From Alphaproteobacteria bacterium 43-37 (GTDB taxonomy: Bacteria; Pseudomonadota; Alphaproteobacteria; 43-37): a stretch of DNA of 64,000 bases. Position numbers and translations under genes: made by a program. Positions within the stretch are counted from its first letter, which is position 1; each line of letters begins with the position of its first letter. A model generated the notes under the pieces. It made no database searches. It saw only the letters and a list, made by a program, of their open reading frames with translations, and had not been told where the DNA came from. The DNA lies in contig MKSY01000019.1 of NCBI GenBank assembly GCA_001897475.1, forward strand, positions 43,380-107,379. The letters are read 5' to 3'. Shown in pieces: positions 49,421 to 59,322 of the stretch.

Positions 49421-49750
49421 TCAATTCTTCTCCTTTTAAAACTAGCTTTTAATCAATTATTCTGTAAAATCTACCTCAAGTTTTGACAGCAAATTTAACA
49501 ATGTCAATGGGTTGATCGCCGTTTTGCTCTTGGGGTTTGATTATGATCCTGCGCTACTGGCTTTTTGGCAGACCCAACCAGACAATTAGCCAAAAGAGTG
49601 TGCGCGTGATAAAAGCTAACGCACACAATTTGTAACCATTGGCTCAAAGGAGCTCCCCACTTATGTGCCATATTTTTTCTTAATTTTTATGAAGAGTGAT
49701 TTTCATAATGCCTCTTGTCAAGGCCTTAGGATTCAGCAAGAATACTAACA

Positions 49751-50407
49751 TTGGCAACAGGGTTGGTTTATTCTACTATGATGGCTTATTTTATAAAAGT
49801 TTTTGTCTCCTTTCTTGTGATTATGAACCCGGCCTCAATTGTTCCTGTTTTTATCGAACTAACCAGCAATGATACACTTGATGACCAACGGAAAACTGCT
49901 ATCAAGTCAACTCTTACTGCCGCCATCATTCTTCTAGCATTTGCTGCCATTGGAGATTGGTTGCTGAGCCAGCTTCAAATCTCGTCCAGCGCATTGCTTG
50001 TTGCTGGCGGCATTCTATTACTTATTTTTGCTATTCAAAGAGTTTTTGGTGGCGAAAGCAGTCGAAAACCCACACCAGATGAAAAAGTTGAAGCGCAGCA
50101 TAAGCGTGACCTTTTTGTCTTCCCTCTTGCTGTACCTTTGATTGCAGGGCCTGGCGCTTTGACTGTTGTAATGTTCCAAATGAAACAAGCTGCTGGGAAT
50201 ATCCCACATCAGACTATTCTTATTTTCTCCATGGTTTTGGTCCTCGGCATCAATGGCATTATTCTCTGGAATGGCAAATACATTGCCCGCATTTTGGGTG
50301 TGACAGGGACAAACGTAATCACGCGCGTGTTCGGTATTATCCTTGCAGCCATTGCTGTCCAGCTCATTTTGAACGGCTTTAAGTCATTTTTTAACCTTGT
50401 TGGCTAA
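49751..50407 (+). CDS. marC: MarC family membrane protein
   Basis: IMNP, VAGGILL, VFPLAVPLIAGPGA, ITRVFGIILAAIAVQ. Confidence 0.93.
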   Translation: MATGLVYSTMMAYFIKVFVSFLVIMNPASIVPVFIELTSNDTLDDQRKTAIKSTLTAAIILLAFAAIGDWLLSQLQISSSALLVAGGILLLIFAIQRVFGGESSRKPTPDEKVEAQHKRDLFVFPLAVPLIAGPGALTVVMFQMKQAAGNIPHQTILIFSMVLVLGINGIILWNGKYIARILGVTGTNVITRVFGIILAAIAVQLILNGFKSFFNLVG

Positions 50408-50419
50408 CCTTTTGATTGT

Positions 50420-50896
50420 ATGCTGATGCGTACTCATCCAGAGGCCCAGTGTTATGGTTTTGCATTGTTAGTAGCGGGGATCATAAAGTTATGGCTGCCT
50501 CTGACTATTCTTCAAAGCTTGACCATCATGTTTTTATCGATACTTACTTGCCAGGATACGCAAAAAACAATGGTGTCAGCTAAGGATGCCATCTTAACCT
50601 CCTTATTATTAACCTTTCACATTCCACATGATCGCATCGGTAATACCATATGGATTGGGATAGCCTTGATACTACTCATGCTAACTTTTAAAGATCGCTT
50701 CACGCGGTTTATAGGCAACGTCGATGTCATACTTTTTGGATTATGCCTGAGCACACTACCCATCCATCACTTCCCGAGTTTTTTTGTTGCGACAGGCGTG
50801 GGTATGTTAGCTATTTTTGTTATGACACGAGAACGGAGGATTCCTTTTATCCTGCCATTGTGGGCAAGTTATGTTGGGCATCTTAGCTTGTGCTAG
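50420..50896 (+). CDS. Membrane protein, possibly a divergent A24 prepilin-peptidase-like protein
   Basis: Multi-TM; TCQD, IGNVDVILF and RIPFILPL echo the A24 D / GxGD / IPF motifs. Confidence 0.5.
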   Translation: MLMRTHPEAQCYGFALLVAGIIKLWLPLTILQSLTIMFLSILTCQDTQKTMVSAKDAILTSLLLTFHIPHDRIGNTIWIGIALILLMLTFKDRFTRFIGNVDVILFGLCLSTLPIHHFPSFFVATGVGMLAIFVMTRERRIPFILPLWASYVGHLSLC

Positions 50897-50959
50897 AAAT
50901 CTTCAGCTTTTACAGCATCCAGGATAGAATCCTCACTCATTTATCCTTAGCTTGCGCCC

Positions 50960-51802
50960 TTATGTATCCCGTGCTGGATTGAAGAGCATTGGATTACTTG
51001 ACATAAATTCAGCCATCTCGCCAGAAAAATCACCTCTAACGCTCTCATCTAAATTAGCTCTCGAAACATCTGAAACATCCCCGATAGAACGCTTCATAAA
51101 TTGCTTGAACTGAACATAAGGACGAATAAATCCTAACGCATCCCCATGTTCAGAGCCAATGCTTTGCGCAAACGATTCAACCCTTGGTTGTAGCACTTCG
51201 AGAACATTTGCCGCAATCATACCCTTCGAAGCCCAAGCGCCCAGACTTGGATGAAGCAGCCCAGTCATCGCGGAAACTCCCCATGTCAAATTCGTCATAA
51301 TAAAGGACATAGGGATAGCCTTAGTCATTAAATCATAGGAGTTCATTTGCCCTGCCGCTAATAAGATAGGGACTGCCGGAAAAACACTTCCTGCTGCAAC
51401 ATACGTCCCATAAATAATACCAGCCTTTAAGAGTCGATCTACGTTTGCATGCTTTTTAGCGTATTGATCATATGCTACTGAACCATTAGCTAATGTGCTG
51501 CGCACCGTTCCTAAAGCAGTGCTCGCGTGGGAGATAATACCACCTAAGCCTTCTTGAGCAGCTTTTGAATCTAGGGTAGCAACCCCTTTAGCCATGGCAA
51601 ATGAAGATTTTGCCATCCCCAACCAACTATTGGCAGCTGTTTGAGCGATACCTAACTGGCGAGTCACACCAGCACGCGCGCAAGCAGCAGCATCAGAAAA
51701 AACATCAAAAACACCAGCTTTTGCTTCTGGGGCTGCCCCACTCAGCAATGCCGCTGCCGTAGTTGTCGCTAAAATTAGGTTTTTCCTATATTTTCCAATC
51801 AT
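50960..51802 (-). CDS. Hypothetical secreted or membrane protein
   Basis: Signal-like KYRKNLILATTTAAALLSGAAPEAKA, internal hydrophobic helices; likely start at 51802. Confidence 0.7.
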   Translation of the reverse strand: MIGKYRKNLILATTTAAALLSGAAPEAKAGVFDVFSDAAACARAGVTRQLGIAQTAANSWLGMAKSSFAMAKGVATLDSKAAQEGLGGIISHASTALGTVRSTLANGSVAYDQYAKKHANVDRLLKAGIIYGTYVAAGSVFPAVPILLAAGQMNSYDLMTKAIPMSFIMTNLTWGVSAMTGLLHPSLGAWASKGMIAANVLEVLQPRVESFAQSIGSEHGDALGFIRPYVQFKQFMKRSIGDVSDVSRANLDESVRGDFSGEMAEFMSSNPMLFNPARDT

Positions 51803-51905
51803 AATAGATACCTTAAAAGCACTCATATATTTTAATGCAAGATGGTTAAGAAACGATGAACCACCATCTAAATGGCTGCACCGGAAAGAACGAATACCTC
51901 CTTTT

Positions 51906-52226
51906 GCCTTTCCGCACACCCTCTTCGTCATTCCCGCACACCCTCTTCGTCATTCCCGCACTCCCCTTTGTCAATCCCGGGCACCTCCTTTTGGCCACCC
52001 CACAACCCTCCCTTTGTCTTCCCCGCACACCCCTCTTTGTCTTTCCCGCACTTGATGTGGGAGCCCAGGCATTTATATGGCCCCCCGCTTTCGCGAGGGT
52101 GACAAGGGAGAAGTACGAGGGGGACAGGGAAAAGTGCGAGGGCGACAGGGAAAAGTGCGAGGGTGACAAGAAAAAGAGCGAGGGTGACAGCAGTGAAGAA
52201 GTGCGGGGATGACAGGGAAACCGGGG
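51906..52226. repeat. REP/RPE-like palindromic doublet with tandemly amplified ~21-bp arms
   Basis: Left units GTCATTCCCGCACACCCTCTTC, core GTCTTTCCCGCACTTGATGTGGGAGCCCA...TGGCCCCCCGCTTTCGCGAGGGTGAC, right units AGGGAAAAGTGCGAGGGTGAC. Confidence 0.8.
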
Positions 52227-52354
52227 ACCTACTCTTGTCACAAAACGTAATAATAAAGAATTCAAACCATTAACTTAGGTAAATCAGATAGTTAATTATT
52301 GCTTTAAAAAAGTTTATATTTAATTCAGATAATTAATAAGAAAAAATCACCAAT

Positions 52355-52373
52355 TTGCAAATAATTCTCATTT
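52355..52373. promoter_or_regulatory. Fur-box-like motif
   Basis: TTGCAAATAATTCTCATTT (reverse complement AAATGAGAATTATTTGCAA) upstream of the 52640 gene. Confidence 0.35.
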
Positions 52374-52639
52374 TCTCTATTGCTATAGATAAAATTTTAG
52401 ATAAGTTTTATTGTAATTTAGATGACACATAAAACCACAGTGTCTAAATAACAAAAATGAAATAATGTCGGATTGTTTTACGTCCGCATTTAAAAAAATA
52501 AAGTGATGTTCACAACCAAAGTTCACATAAGAAATAAAAACTCAAACCATAGGCCATAAGAAACAACAAAAACAGCACCTACTCTTTAAAGAAGAGTGAG
52601 GCTGGTGAAATGTAAGCTTGACTTTGGAGATATGAAACA

Positions 52640-55600
52640 ATGCTCGTCTTAGGTTTGAAGAATTGCAACTTTTCTTTAAAACATGACCACTTCCTTCGCC
52701 AACAAGCAAACCCATTGGCCTTTAGGCGGCGTCTTTTGAGAGGGGCATCCTGCCTGGTTTCTATCTGCATGGGCGTTATGGCGAGCCAACAGGCGTTAGC
52801 TTCTGTCATTAACATCAACACAGCTATTGAACAGCCAGCATACACAATCAATCCTGGGGATAAAGTTAATATCAACACAGGAGGGAGCATTACGGCAGGT
52901 GCAGTTACGGTGGGGCCGGCTGCGAGTATCGTCATGAATGCACCTTTGGCTACAATCAATGCGGGCAGCATTAATATTAATGATGGCTCTGTCATAGATT
53001 TTAGTATGGGAGGAGGGCTCAACGGAAATATTGTTTTGGGCTCGAACGATATTATTCACCTTCATAATGCGGGAGCTTTTTTTAGAGGAGATGTGAGTGG
53101 CCAATTGTCAGGCCAAGGCAGCATTATTATTGAGAGCCCTTTTGTTTTGGGCTCACTCGGAACGATTGGGGCTAAGGCTCCGGTGGCAGAAGTAAACATT
53201 ACCAATGGTAACCTATACATAATCAATTCAAAGACCCACAAGAGCTTAGCAACAAACCTTGGTTATAATGCCACACTCTTGGTTTCGAGTGGTAACATCC
53301 CAGGCCCTTTGGATTCTCAAGATGTTCCCGTCTGTCATTTGATTATTGCGGGCACAAAAAGTTCATTTGCACAGACCACAGGCTCGATTGGCCAAAGAAA
53401 GCCTATTGGCCAGATTACGCTTGGGCCAAATATCACGCTGACATTGCAACATCCAACGCAAACTAAATTCATGACAATGGGGTTGGGTAGTTCGCTTAAT
53501 ATGGTTGGGGGGAGCCTAGCTGGCACTGTAGGCAGCGCCTACACACTCTCCCCTAACAATGATGTCAGCTTGATTTCCACGCAAGCTGATAACATGGTCT
53601 TAGAAAAAACTTTCGCATTAAGATCCTTGTCATTATTAAACTCGCAACTTACCCTTTATCAATCCATTAACGTTCCAACTTTATCAGTTGCGACAATAGG
53701 CAACCCAACATCTCGACTGCAGATTTTAGGGGGCTACGCGGGTAATACGGTTGTTAATGCAGCTGCCGCTATTATTTCAGCTGGGCAACTTGTTATTGCC
53801 CAAGGTGGAACTTTTAATGTGGGGCAAGTTCAAGGTTACCTTAGTGGTATTTTTCTCGACAATGGCACCTTCAATGCACAATTTATCCAAATGAAGGGGG
53901 CTTACCCGATAAACATTCAAGGTGCATCTAAAGCCAGCATTGGGCAACTATTGTTGTCAAGTTCAACCTCATCCCGCACTAATGGGCCAACGCTTACCAT
54001 TGACGCTAGTTCGAGCTTTAGCGGAGATACCCTTTTGGTTGACGCGTCAACGATTAATCTTTTCGGGGCTATCCATGTTGGAAAGTTGCTCGCCACTAAA
54101 GCAAACCCCTCCAATGGTTTTTCAATGATTAACCTTTATAGCTCAGATCTTACTCCCAGCATTAATGGGGATACTGATATCCAGTTACTCAAATCGATGC
54201 CAATAGGGTTCCCAATCGGTGACCAAGCAGCAGTCAATGATATAACGATAGGACATGCACCGATCCAATTAACATTTAATAATATTGTTAAAGGCCGAAA
54301 GATTCAAATTGGAATAGGTGCCTCGTTGCTTGTTAATGCGCCTCTAAAAGGTTTCGATATCACACTAAACCAAGGCTCAACTTTATCGCTTAACTCAACA
54401 GTTGATTTTGCAAATAAAGAGCTTACTTTTTACAATAGTTATGATTGTACGGTTAATATACTTCCATCCGTGTCTGAATTAAATGCAAGTATAGTTTATA
54501 GAGATCCTTGGCCCTATTACTTTTTGACTAGTGGGATTTTAAACATTTTAGACAGGAAGGAACCCTTGCGTCAAATCACCCTAAATGGCGGCGTGAGAGC
54601 TTCTTCTGGTTTTTCCGAATCGGATTTTTATGTTGATCAAGCCAATATTGGTAATCATACGGACTTAATATGGAGAGGAGATTTAAGGCTGAACTCCCTC
54701 GCATTGGCCTCAGACGCAACAATAACCATGGCTCAAGCTCATAGCGAATATCGTGTCTGGAGTGGGACACTCTTAGGGCCATACAACAAGCTTGTTTTGG
54801 ATGGCGATGGTGTTGTTCTCAAAAGTTGGGTTTATGGGTATGGAGAAAAAGCCGCGCAAGGAATGATTGAGGTTCGCTCCTCTGCGACCTCTGAAGGGGG
54901 GATTGGACCTTACAATAATTATGGCAAATCACCTCTTGAATCGCTTACGATATGGCCAGGGGCTACATTATTTGTGTCGAATGATTATCTTGTTTCACAA
55001 ACAAAACTCCTTAACCCTTCAAATTCATTAGGGCAGCCTGAAATTGATTTTAATGCAGGCTTTTTTTTCCCCGGATCTCCCGCTAATTTTTACTGCCCTT
55101 ACCCAGGCCTTGGTTGTAATACGCTTGGAAGCATTGGCGCGGTTGAATTTGCTCCTGGAGGCATTGGAAGCGTTGTTATTTCGACAATTTTGGATACAGC
55201 AGGCGCTTTAAATTTAGGATGGAATAATTCGAGGCCATCACCTTTGAAAAGTATCACCGTCTCACACAGTAATGGCTTAGTGATATCTGATCGTGCCTAC
55301 GCCAATACTACATTTGTTTACCCTCACTCAGTTTTAGGCATCAACCTAAACGGTTACCTTTATGGGGGGATTGATGGAAGCGAGCCCAATGTTGGAGAGC
55401 TGCGTATCAAGAACCCGAATTTTCTCAAAGAAATGCAGGCTGGTGGTTTTAGCATAGGGCAAAACAACCCTTTGAAAAGTGTGTTTTTATACCCAGGTGT
55501 TTCAATCCCAGTGGGTTTCAACATTCACGCTGAAACCATCTGGCCTATTCAAGGATGGGAAGACTTTGTTCCTAATCGAAGCCTCACTATTAGTGAAACG

Positions 55601-58600
55601 CTTTCGTCGGAATCAGGGCGTTTAAATGCCCTAATCCAAAATGCGCTCTGTTATGAAACACTAGATCCTTTTACTCTTTCGTTCTACCCGGGCACAGCCC
55701 CAGGTGTCGGTTCGGTGATTTTCAACGCAAGCCAAAATATCGTTAGGCATGATAATTACAATGGTGACACCGGCGAGCGTGGAGTTGGTTGGGCATGCCC
55801 TGTTTATGCCTATGTATTAAATGACTATGTTAGGGTTAGCGCCTCTTTATTGACCTTTTTTGGGGATACCTTGGTTTTAGGGCAAGGTGCGGAATTTGTG
55901 TCAGATCAGGGTTATTCATTCCGACATGTTTTTAATGGAAGAGTGGATGGTGTTACGGATTACCAAGGCATATGGAAAATAAGCTCAGCTCAGGGAAATC
56001 TAGGGTCAACCAATGTATTTGATGCTAATTCAAGCATAGGAAGCACCCACCCCCTTAAAGAAATTTGGCTTTTGAATGCTCTTAATTTTAGAGCTTTTGC
56101 CTCAGTATCAGCTCAAACAATTATTTTAACGCCCTCGACCCATTTTAGAATTTACCTTGACCAACAAAGCTTTATTTCGTCATTTCGGTCAGAAAGCGAT
56201 TGGCAGGGTGAGATTGATATTTATGGCAAAAATACGACCTTTTACGGGGCTTTGGGAAACAAAGGCGGCCTTGGCAACATAGCCATGGACGGGGTAAGCG
56301 CTGACATTTACTCAGATACTATTAACGCAACAAATATCATTATTCGAAACTCGGGAAAATTAACATCCCATCAGCCTTTAACCATATCTGCTAACCAAAT
56401 TTTACTTGGTAGTTCTAGCCGCCTGGATTTAAAAGCGCCCACAGTTTTAAATGGGCTAGTGCAACCGGTGCCAGAAGAAGTTACTGGTGGGGTAATTACC
56501 TTCAACGATACCCTTTCTATCGGCCAAAGTGTGTTTGGTGTAAGCATCGATAGTGTTCAAGATTGTAAAGGCGTGTTGTATGTGAACGCAACCACGCCTT
56601 CATCTATTGTTGATCTATCAACCTCGTCTATTGGTGACACTTATTCCATTGGCCAACTTAATCTTCTCCGTGGGACAATGTATCTTGGTAAAAGTCGCTA
56701 TTGCGCCCTCAATATTTCCCCGAGAAGCAACCTTGTTCTTATGCCTGGCTCAAATATTTCCTACCAAGTACTCAAGCCTGAAAATTGCCTTCCAGATGGC
56801 TCAGAAAACCTGGGGTTAAATGGGATTTATGTTCTTGGCGCACAAATTGGAGATATAGACTGCCCATACAATAGCATAACTGTGTATGGTAACACAACTT
56901 TAGATAACACCCGAGTTTATGCCAATGTCGTCCAACTTTCATGGTGGGGGTGGTATACTCCTGCGACTCTTACCTTACAGGAGGGGGCGAAGCTGTACGC
57001 GAGCCATATCACAAATCCAGAGCCAGGTAACAAACTTATTCTCAAAAACGCTTTTATGAATGTTAGCCAAATTGGAGATAGCGGCTATTTTGCCCCCCCT
57101 TTGACCGCGCTTAATTCAATAATTGTAACGAACACTATCGGTATGGGTGATGTGAGTCATTTACTAACTAACAGCACTCTGCTCGTTCAAAACGATGTGA
57201 CATGCACATCTTCTACGATGCTACATTTAGAGCAGAACTCCTTTATTAGCGCAGCTAACATATTTGGTCCCAGTATTTATTCTTCAGATTCTCAACTAGC
57301 CATAAATAAAACATTTGCGGGTAGTTTGCAGTTAACTCATAGCACAGTAACAGCTAACGTTTCTATTATAGATATTTTGGCTCTTGATTCAGGGTCTCAA
57401 GCTAAGATGAACCAGCTCTTGATTCTTAACCCTAACTCTCCCCTTTTGATTTATAACTCAGAGCTTGATGTTGCCCACCCGTTTGCTTGTAATTCTTTGT
57501 CGCTTTATTACAGCCAAGTGAATACGCCTCAAATCACGGTAGGTGGGCCGACAAGCCCTCCAATTAGGCTGGATTTTGTTGATTCTCAAATCACGGAAGG
57601 GGGCTTTTTAATGCTCCAAGACACTCAAGACCCCACTGTGAGCCTCACAATAATGCGCATCACTGAAACCCAAGACTTTGCGCTAAGGTTCCCTGTGTCT
57701 GGACCACCCCCTTCTATAGCCTCTAGCCCACAAGGGGAAATACAAATTGGGGAGCAGGCTGCGCATAGTGTAACCGTCAGATGCACTGATAACGGGGGCA
57801 TTGGGGTTCCTTATCCCATCAAACGGCTTCATATTGCAGAAGGGCATTTTTATTTAAACCGAGGTTTTGTAAATGCAGATAGTGTGGAATTAGACTGGGG
57901 CGGGTACATGACTGTTGGGTCGCCCGATGGCCCTAACGGGTTAACCATTAACGCTCCACTAGTATCATCATCATGGGTTCCATGTGGATGGGTTAATATC
58001 ACGCGTCATTTCGTTAATTTGAAAACGACAGGCCTCCTAGGAACAACGTCAAGACCGATAGGATTCATTAATGTCATGGCCGACCAAGAGTTCCGAGCCT
58101 TTCAGCCTGTTAGTTGTGCAAATATGATTTTAGGGAATAACGCAAAGTTTATTATCCAATATGTAAACTCGCCTTCACTACCAGATCTGTTAACCATAAA
58201 CGGGGATTCAGATTACAATGGCATGATCATGTTAACCCCAGATGCAGGATTGTTTACCAAGGGTGACATTGGGGCCTCCCACCCTTTAAACACAATTTTC
58301 CTTTCATCTACCAATCAATTTTACGTATCTCACAATGTAAATGCTCAAGACATCCGCCTTGGAAATGCCTGCGATCTATTTATTGCCAAATCAGGGATGA
58401 CCGTAAAGGCCGCCATATCTGGCTTTGGAAGGCTGATTGTCTTAACAGATGTTATTGGGCCCAACTCAATTATCGGCCAGACCAGCTATGGCTTAGGCGC
58501 TCCACTCAGGAAAATCGAGATTAATACCGCTAAAAGGTTAACACTTAAGGCAGATGTCAACGCAACCGAGTTTGAAACTTATGGAGGACAACTTGCATTA

Positions 58601-59284
58601 GGAGGCGATAATCGGGCCTGGTACTCACTTCAGTCAATGCAATTCGGGCCAGCAAGCCAGCTTGTTTTGGGGGCTAACAACGTTACAATTACCAACGGCA
58701 CCCTGGAAATCAGAGAAAGCAGCATTAGCACAACATTGCACAGTGATGAAATATGGGGTGTGGGTATGATCATATATCAAGGTGCGGCTATACCTAATTT
58801 AACCAGCAGCACCATCCAGCTCGATACACAAGGATACACGATAACTTCGGGTAAGAAATTTGTATTCATGCTTAGCCCTCAAGACCCACTCATTATGGGC
58901 CTCAAAGTTGCACCTGGAACAGGTTGGAATTGGAATGTTACGGTTGAAAACGACCACAGCATCTCACTTACAGCGTCAACAGCTGAAGGAGGGAGGTTGC
59001 GGAGACTCTCTACCGATGATCGAACAATATACGAACAACGTAATGCAGAAAGTGCTGTACCCGCAGTAATACCACCTGAGCAATCAAAACGCCAATTACG
59101 GGGGGATGGGCTTGAACCCGACTCGAAAGTATCGTGGGTTTTGCAAAAACTGTTCAGTTGGCTGAAGATTACTCCATCCAGCACCGTAAAGGATGATGAC
59201 CTCCTTTTGCCCCTACCTGTTCCAACACCACGCAAAACCAATTCAGAAAACATTGAAGGCAATCTTAATGTACCAGCTCATTAA
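52640..59284 (+). CDS. 2214-aa rOmpA/Sca-like repeat beta-helical passenger/adhesin lacking an autotransporter beta-domain
   Basis: Extended signal (RRRLLRGAS...QALA); recurrent GxIGxxxP(L/I)xxIxL repeats; autochaperone-like segment before a non-barrel tail ending LNVPAH. Confidence 0.75.
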   Translation: MLVLGLKNCNFSLKHDHFLRQQANPLAFRRRLLRGASCLVSICMGVMASQQALASVININTAIEQPAYTINPGDKVNINTGGSITAGAVTVGPAASIVMNAPLATINAGSININDGSVIDFSMGGGLNGNIVLGSNDIIHLHNAGAFFRGDVSGQLSGQGSIIIESPFVLGSLGTIGAKAPVAEVNITNGNLYIINSKTHKSLATNLGYNATLLVSSGNIPGPLDSQDVPVCHLIIAGTKSSFAQTTGSIGQRKPIGQITLGPNITLTLQHPTQTKFMTMGLGSSLNMVGGSLAGTVGSAYTLSPNNDVSLISTQADNMVLEKTFALRSLSLLNSQLTLYQSINVPTLSVATIGNPTSRLQILGGYAGNTVVNAAAAIISAGQLVIAQGGTFNVGQVQGYLSGIFLDNGTFNAQFIQMKGAYPINIQGASKASIGQLLLSSSTSSRTNGPTLTIDASSSFSGDTLLVDASTINLFGAIHVGKLLATKANPSNGFSMINLYSSDLTPSINGDTDIQLLKSMPIGFPIGDQAAVNDITIGHAPIQLTFNNIVKGRKIQIGIGASLLVNAPLKGFDITLNQGSTLSLNSTVDFANKELTFYNSYDCTVNILPSVSELNASIVYRDPWPYYFLTSGILNILDRKEPLRQITLNGGVRASSGFSESDFYVDQANIGNHTDLIWRGDLRLNSLALASDATITMAQAHSEYRVWSGTLLGPYNKLVLDGDGVVLKSWVYGYGEKAAQGMIEVRSSATSEGGIGPYNNYGKSPLESLTIWPGATLFVSNDYLVSQTKLLNPSNSLGQPEIDFNAGFFFPGSPANFYCPYPGLGCNTLGSIGAVEFAPGGIGSVVISTILDTAGALNLGWNNSRPSPLKSITVSHSNGLVISDRAYANTTFVYPHSVLGINLNGYLYGGIDGSEPNVGELRIKNPNFLKEMQAGGFSIGQNNPLKSVFLYPGVSIPVGFNIHAETIWPIQGWEDFVPNRSLTISETLSSESGRLNALIQNALCYETLDPFTLSFYPGTAPGVGSVIFNASQNIVRHDNYNGDTGERGVGWACPVYAYVLNDYVRVSASLLTFFGDTLVLGQGAEFVSDQGYSFRHVFNGRVDGVTDYQGIWKISSAQGNLGSTNVFDANSSIGSTHPLKEIWLLNALNFRAFASVSAQTIILTPSTHFRIYLDQQSFISSFRSESDWQGEIDIYGKNTTFYGALGNKGGLGNIAMDGVSADIYSDTINATNIIIRNSGKLTSHQPLTISANQILLGSSSRLDLKAPTVLNGLVQPVPEEVTGGVITFNDTLSIGQSVFGVSIDSVQDCKGVLYVNATTPSSIVDLSTSSIGDTYSIGQLNLLRGTMYLGKSRYCALNISPRSNLVLMPGSNISYQVLKPENCLPDGSENLGLNGIYVLGAQIGDIDCPYNSITVYGNTTLDNTRVYANVVQLSWWGWYTPATLTLQEGAKLYASHITNPEPGNKLILKNAFMNVSQIGDSGYFAPPLTALNSIIVTNTIGMGDVSHLLTNSTLLVQNDVTCTSSTMLHLEQNSFISAANIFGPSIYSSDSQLAINKTFAGSLQLTHSTVTANVSIIDILALDSGSQAKMNQLLILNPNSPLLIYNSELDVAHPFACNSLSLYYSQVNTPQITVGGPTSPPIRLDFVDSQITEGGFLMLQDTQDPTVSLTIMRITETQDFALRFPVSGPPPSIASSPQGEIQIGEQAAHSVTVRCTDNGGIGVPYPIKRLHIAEGHFYLNRGFVNADSVELDWGGYMTVGSPDGPNGLTINAPLVSSSWVPCGWVNITRHFVNLKTTGLLGTTSRPIGFINVMADQEFRAFQPVSCANMILGNNAKFIIQYVNSPSLPDLLTINGDSDYNGMIMLTPDAGLFTKGDIGASHPLNTIFLSSTNQFYVSHNVNAQDIRLGNACDLFIAKSGMTVKAAISGFGRLIVLTDVIGPNSIIGQTSYGLGAPLRKIEINTAKRLTLKADVNATEFETYGGQLALGGDNRAWYSLQSMQFGPASQLVLGANNVTITNGTLEIRESSISTTLHSDEIWGVGMIIYQGAAIPNLTSSTIQLDTQGYTITSGKKFVFMLSPQDPLIMGLKVAPGTGWNWNVTVENDHSISLTASTAEGGRLRRLSTDDRTIYEQRNAESAVPAVIPPEQSKRQLRGDGLEPDSKVSWVLQKLFSWLKITPSSTVKDDDLLLPLPVPTPRKTNSENIEGNLNVPAH

Positions 59285-59322
59285 ACTAAAGCATCAACGA
59301 TCCGGTACGGAGTGAGGAAAAA

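Noticed and set aside
49500-49750. Riboswitch or small ORF upstream of marC
   Set aside because: A few hairpins (GTGTGCG...CGCACAC) and a 55-codon minus-strand ORF, but no recognisable motif or RBS.
51906-52226. CRISPR array
   Set aside because: Units are degenerate and nearly abutting, switch orientation midway, lack unique 30-40 nt spacers, and no cas genes are present.
51846-52265. ORFs over the palindromic repeat (51846-, 51856+, 51872+) and the 5' extension of the 50960 ORF
   Set aside because: Translations simply mirror the 21-bp repeat; no coding signal.
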